Position numbers and translations under genes: made by a program. The notes beneath the pieces were generated by a model. The model worked only from the letters and a program-made list of their open reading frames with translations, was not told where the DNA came from and made no database searches. A stretch of DNA of 55,187 bases. Source: Anaerolineae bacterium. Lineage in GTDB: Bacteria; Chloroflexota; Anaerolineae; Anaerolineales; UBA4823. This document shows, piece by piece, positions 52,030 through 55,187 of the stretch (position 1 is the stretch's first letter; each line of letters begins with the position of its first letter). The DNA lies in contig JBFYSP010000139.1 of the NCBI GenBank assembly GCA_041301395.1, positions 1 through 55,187 on the forward strand. Direction: 5' to 3'.

Positions 52030-52680
52030 CTATGTCTGGCGCATCGCTTCCAGCAGGGCTTCAATAGCCAGCTTGCCCGACTGGAGGCGATGCGGTACGG
52101 ATGAAAGCGGGCTAACCGAAGCGGCGGCATCCGCCAGCACCCAGGAGCGGTCCGTGCCGCCGCGCTGCTTGGCCTGCATGTAAGCCACTCCCAGATCGAA
52201 CAAGAATCCCATATCCAGGGGGGTGTCGGCGGGCGGTTTTCCCGCCTCAACGTCTTTCCAGCCGGCCAGGGCAGCCAGCAGCGCCTTCAGCACGTCTTTG
52301 GAGCGGGTTTCCCCGGTCTGTTCGACTTCTTCTTTATTTTCTCTCAATGCCTGCCGGACATAGCCTACAAAATCATCCAGACCCAGGTCGTATTTGCGAA
52401 ACTGAAACGCCATCTGCGCCAGTCCGCTGCTGTAGACGCGGGCTGAGCCGTTATCGGACTGCTCTCCCAGCAGGCCGGCGGCGTACTGCATGGCTTCGGC
52501 CAGGGGGGCAGCCTGCTTTTCCTCGGCGGCGCGGGCTGCCAGGTGAAAAACGGCGATCATATGATCGCCGTGATTCCCATTCATCAGGTCGGCCTGGTTC
52601 AGCGACTCCCGGTTTCCGGTGAGAGCCTGCTCCACGGCCGTAAAGAGGGGCGCCAGCTCGAGCGGCGGCTTTTCGCTCAT
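52030..52680 (-). CDS. Hypothetical protein, possibly a DAK2 (DhaL-like) domain
   Basis: LNQADLMNGNHGDHM loosely resembles the DhaL D-x3-GDxDHG region. All-helical, about 215 aa. This is a weak call. Confidence 0.35.
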   Translation of the reverse strand: MSEKPPLELAPLFTAVEQALTGNRESLNQADLMNGNHGDHMIAVFHLAARAAEEKQAAPLAEAMQYAAGLLGEQSDNGSARVYSSGLAQMAFQFRKYDLGLDDFVGYVRQALRENKEEVEQTGETRSKDVLKALLAALAGWKDVEAGKPPADTPLDMGFLFDLGVAYMQAKQRGGTDRSWVLADAAASVSPLSSVPHRLQSGKLAIEALLEAMRQT

Positions 52681-52686
52681 CCCGGC

Positions 52687-54462
52687 TCAAGCCACCGGCA
52701 GCGCTTCGAGCTGCCCTACCAGACGGTCGAGCACGTCGAAACCGCCCTGCCAGAATGCCGGGTCGTGCATATCAATCCCGGCCTCGGTCAGGATTTGCTC
52801 CGGCGAGGCGGAGCCGCCTGCCGCCAGGATGTCCAGGTAGCGCGGCTTGAAGTCTTCCCCTTCCTGCTTGTATTGCTGGTAGAGCGCAAGCACCAGCAGC
52901 TGCCCAAAAGTGTAAGCGTAGACATAAAACGGCACGTTATAGATGTGGGGAATAGAAACCCACTCCCAGCGGAACTCGTCGCCAAGCTCGAGGGCGTCGC
53001 CAAACTGCTCGCGCAGGTTTTGCATGTAAGCCGCCGACAGCTCGTCGGTCGTAGCGCCCTGATTGATCATCTCATGGGCCTGGCGCTCGAACAGGGCAAA
53101 GAATGCCTGGCGCATAATGGTGGCATAGGCGTCATCCATCTGGCGGAAGAGCAGGTCGCGCCGCACCGCCTCGTCGCTCTCCTCAGCCAGCAGCCGGTCG
53201 ACCAGCAGCATCTCCGCGAAGGTAGAGGCCGTCTCGGCTAGCGGCAGGCTGGGGTGCTGGGTAAAGTGGCTGTGGTGCTCGGCCAGCATGGAGTGCATGG
53301 CGTGCCCCAGCTCGTGGGCCAGGGTGGCAACATCATCCGCCCGGCCCTGGTAATTGACCAGCACGTAAGGCGTTAGATCGGGGGTGATGGTGGCGCAAAA
53401 CGCGCCGCTGCGCTTGCCCTTGCGCACCTCGCTATCCAGGTGCTGCTCGTCGAAGACACGCCGGGCCAGGCGGGCGGTCACCGGCAAAAAGGCATCAAAT
53501 GATTCCATCACGGTATGCGCCGCCTGATCGAAAGAATAGCGGATATCGGATTTCACCAGCGGGGCATAGATATCGTAACGACGCAGTTTTTCCACCCCCA
53601 GCCAGCGCGCTTTCAAGCGGAAATAACGCTGGAATACTCCAGTGTTGCGCCGGCAGACTTCCAGCAGGGTATCCACCACATCATCGGGGATATCGTTGTA
53701 CAGGTTGCGGGCTGCCACCGGGTTGGCAAAACCGCGCAGGCCTATCTTTTCGCTGCGCCAATCGCGCACCAGGGCCTGATATAACTGGCTGAGAATTGAG
53801 CCGTCCTGCCCAAATACCCGGTATAACTCCTGATAGGCGCGGGCGCGCAAGTCGGGGTCGGCATCACGAACGCAGGTCATCAGCTCGCCGCGGGTCAGCT
53901 CCTTTTCCTCCCCGTCGATGTTGACCTTGAACAGGTAGCGGTTGGTCAGACTGGCATCCAGATCTTTCAGCGCCCGGGAGCCGGTGACATCCTTTATATT
54001 TATTACCTTCTCTTCGGCCTCGCTGAGCGTGTAGGGTTTTTCGTGGCGGATTTCTTCCAGCCAGTAGCGGTAGTCGCCGGCGATATCCAGCAACCGGTTG
54101 GCAGCAGGCTCGTCCAGCGACTTCCACCACAGCTCAAAAAACAGCAGGCGATTCTGGATGCCTGCTAAATACTGGTCAATGCGCCCCATGAAGGCCTGGA
54201 CGACCTGGTCTTGCGTATCGGCGGAGAAGCGCAGGTGGGCGAAAGCGCCAATTCGGTGGTTCAAATCGATAATATCCTCGTAGTGCCGGATGATGCCCAG
54301 GAAATCTGCCGCCCAAAGGTGCGGGGAAAGGCGCGCACGGTAGCCCTCGAAAGCGGTCACCAGGGATTCCAGGTCGCGCATGGCTTGCTTCATCTCGGGG
54401 CTATCCTGCTCGGAGAAGAGCTCATCCAGGTTCCAGGGGGAGAGTTGGTAGGTTTGGCTCAT
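52687..54462 (-). CDS. pepF: M3-family oligoendopeptidase F
   Basis: HELGHAMH zinc motif, about 590 aa, with PepF-like N-terminal and central regions. Confidence 0.85.
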   Translation of the reverse strand: MSQTYQLSPWNLDELFSEQDSPEMKQAMRDLESLVTAFEGYRARLSPHLWAADFLGIIRHYEDIIDLNHRIGAFAHLRFSADTQDQVVQAFMGRIDQYLAGIQNRLLFFELWWKSLDEPAANRLLDIAGDYRYWLEEIRHEKPYTLSEAEEKVINIKDVTGSRALKDLDASLTNRYLFKVNIDGEEKELTRGELMTCVRDADPDLRARAYQELYRVFGQDGSILSQLYQALVRDWRSEKIGLRGFANPVAARNLYNDIPDDVVDTLLEVCRRNTGVFQRYFRLKARWLGVEKLRRYDIYAPLVKSDIRYSFDQAAHTVMESFDAFLPVTARLARRVFDEQHLDSEVRKGKRSGAFCATITPDLTPYVLVNYQGRADDVATLAHELGHAMHSMLAEHHSHFTQHPSLPLAETASTFAEMLLVDRLLAEESDEAVRRDLLFRQMDDAYATIMRQAFFALFERQAHEMINQGATTDELSAAYMQNLREQFGDALELGDEFRWEWVSIPHIYNVPFYVYAYTFGQLLVLALYQQYKQEGEDFKPRYLDILAAGGSASPEQILTEAGIDMHDPAFWQGGFDVLDRLVGQLEALPVA

Positions 54463-54495
54463 GGCAATATCACCTCTTGGCTTTTTATCTTGACT

Positions 54496-55187
54496 TCATC
54501 CAGCAAACTTGTCATTTTCTACTAAGCGGTATGCCTGCCGCAGGCGGTCAATGGGGTAGAGGGCGCCGGCCGCTTCGTCCAGATAATACCAGACCTCCCA
54601 GCCGTTGCAGGGAGCCTGGCAGATATGGCGGGCGATCTGGTGGATGGAACCGCGCCGCCCATTATACTCCAGGGCGCCATCCGCCATAACCTGGGCAGCA
54701 ATCGAGAGATCGCCGCGGTAGTACAGCCGGTCGCCCGGGCGCAGCAGGTCATTGGCCAGCAGGCGGCCGAACGGCAGGCGCGGCTGTTTACGCCGGTCGG
54801 GGGTATCGAAGTAGTGGGGGTCATACGGCACCGGGTCGGTCTGTGCGATGCGCTGGACAGCCAGGGAAATATAGCGCGGCTCGCGCTCGATGCCAATCCA
54901 GCGACGGTGCAGCCGTTTGGCAACCACACCGGTGGTACCGGTGCCAAAAAAGGGGTCGAGCACCACGTCTCCCGGATTGGTGCCGGCCTGCAAGATGTAA
55001 TACAACAGGGCTTCCGGTTTCTGGGTGGGGTGCGCTTTTTCGCCATCCTGGCGCAGGCGCTCGGGGCCGTTGCAAATCGGCAGGCGCCAATCACTGCGCA
55101 TCTGCAGCCCGTCGTTCAAGGCCTTCATGGCCTGATAATTGAAGATATAGGGAGCGCCGCGCTTCTTCTGAGCCCAGATGAGATTTT
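54496..55187 (-). CDS. Beta-class N6-adenine/N4-cytosine DNA methyltransferase (CcrM-like, with a C-terminal extension). The 5' end lies outside the window.
   Basis: The frame is open to the window edge (..IWAQKKRGAPYIFNYQAMKALNDG..). HPTQKPEALL and DPFFGTGTTGVVA motifs, plus a ~90-aa C-terminal domain. Confidence 0.8.
   Translation of the reverse strand, partial: NLIWAQKKRGAPYIFNYQAMKALNDGLQMRSDWRLPICNGPERLRQDGEKAHPTQKPEALLYYILQAGTNPGDVVLDPFFGTGTTGVVAKRLHRRWIGIEREPRYISLAVQRIAQTDPVPYDPHYFDTPDRRKQPRLPFGRLLANDLLRPGDRLYYRGDLSIAAQVMADGALEYNGRRGSIHQIARHICQAPCNGWEVWYYLDEAAGALYPIDRLRQAYRLVENDKFAG

Noticed and set aside
1-55187. CRISPR arrays, IS elements, integrases, prophage genes, toxin-antitoxin pairs
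   Set aside because: No regularly spaced direct repeats, transposase or integrase motifs, or small paired ORFs typical of these elements were seen on either strand.

Overview
This is a gene-dense, visibly GC-rich bacterial chromosomal segment with about 65 protein-coding genes. I saw no rRNA, tRNA, CRISPR array, transposase or integrase. All product calls come from reading the supplied translations and recognising motifs; no searches were run. The gene mix (F420/LLM oxidoreductase, ADP-forming acetyl-CoA synthetase, PucC/BCD-type MFS, archaeal-type PDO, many 4-nt start/stop overlaps) suggests a Chloroflexota-like organism, but that is only a guess.

Housekeeping genes: hutH, lipB, holA, radA, nagA plus a SIS-type deaminase, ssb, pepF, an rlmD-like methyltransferase, a class V aminotransferase, a deoxynucleoside kinase and pterin carbinolamine dehydratase.

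Things most worth a second look:
1. A recoded selenoprotein. ORFs 34727-35173 and 35192-35395 are in the same frame and separated by a single TGA. That TGA sits where the first Cys of the CPYC redox motif of a two-domain protein disulfide oxidoreductase belongs (VFVTPT-U-PYCP), and a 40-nt SECIS-like hairpin follows immediately. The gene lies in an ECF sigma / zinc anti-sigma / TlpA / OsmC / rhodanese thiol-redox operon.
2. A head-to-tail array of four paralogous LasA-like (H-x12-D ... HxH) M23 peptidases at 39804-45832. One copy lacks LysM and has lost the first His of HxH.
3. A four-gene operon directly downstream (DUF2089, DUF4097/YvlB-like and two others) in which every protein carries the same ~25-aa SHOCT-like helix. 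It is C-terminal in the first two proteins and N-terminal in the last two.
4. A LacI-controlled cluster with an uncharacterised B12-binding-domain fusion protein and an opine-dehydrogenase-family enzyme, followed by a CBS / ArsB-NhaD permease / PII-like / CaCA transporter set.
5. A lower-GC locus encoding an unknown 312-aa protein opposite a stand-alone FtsK/SpoIIIE-like domain with degenerate Walker motifs.

Several short repeat and palindrome arrays in intergenic regions, an in-frame 2 x 24-bp hairpin repeat inside hutH, and an unlisted 47-codon membrane ORF are also reported.
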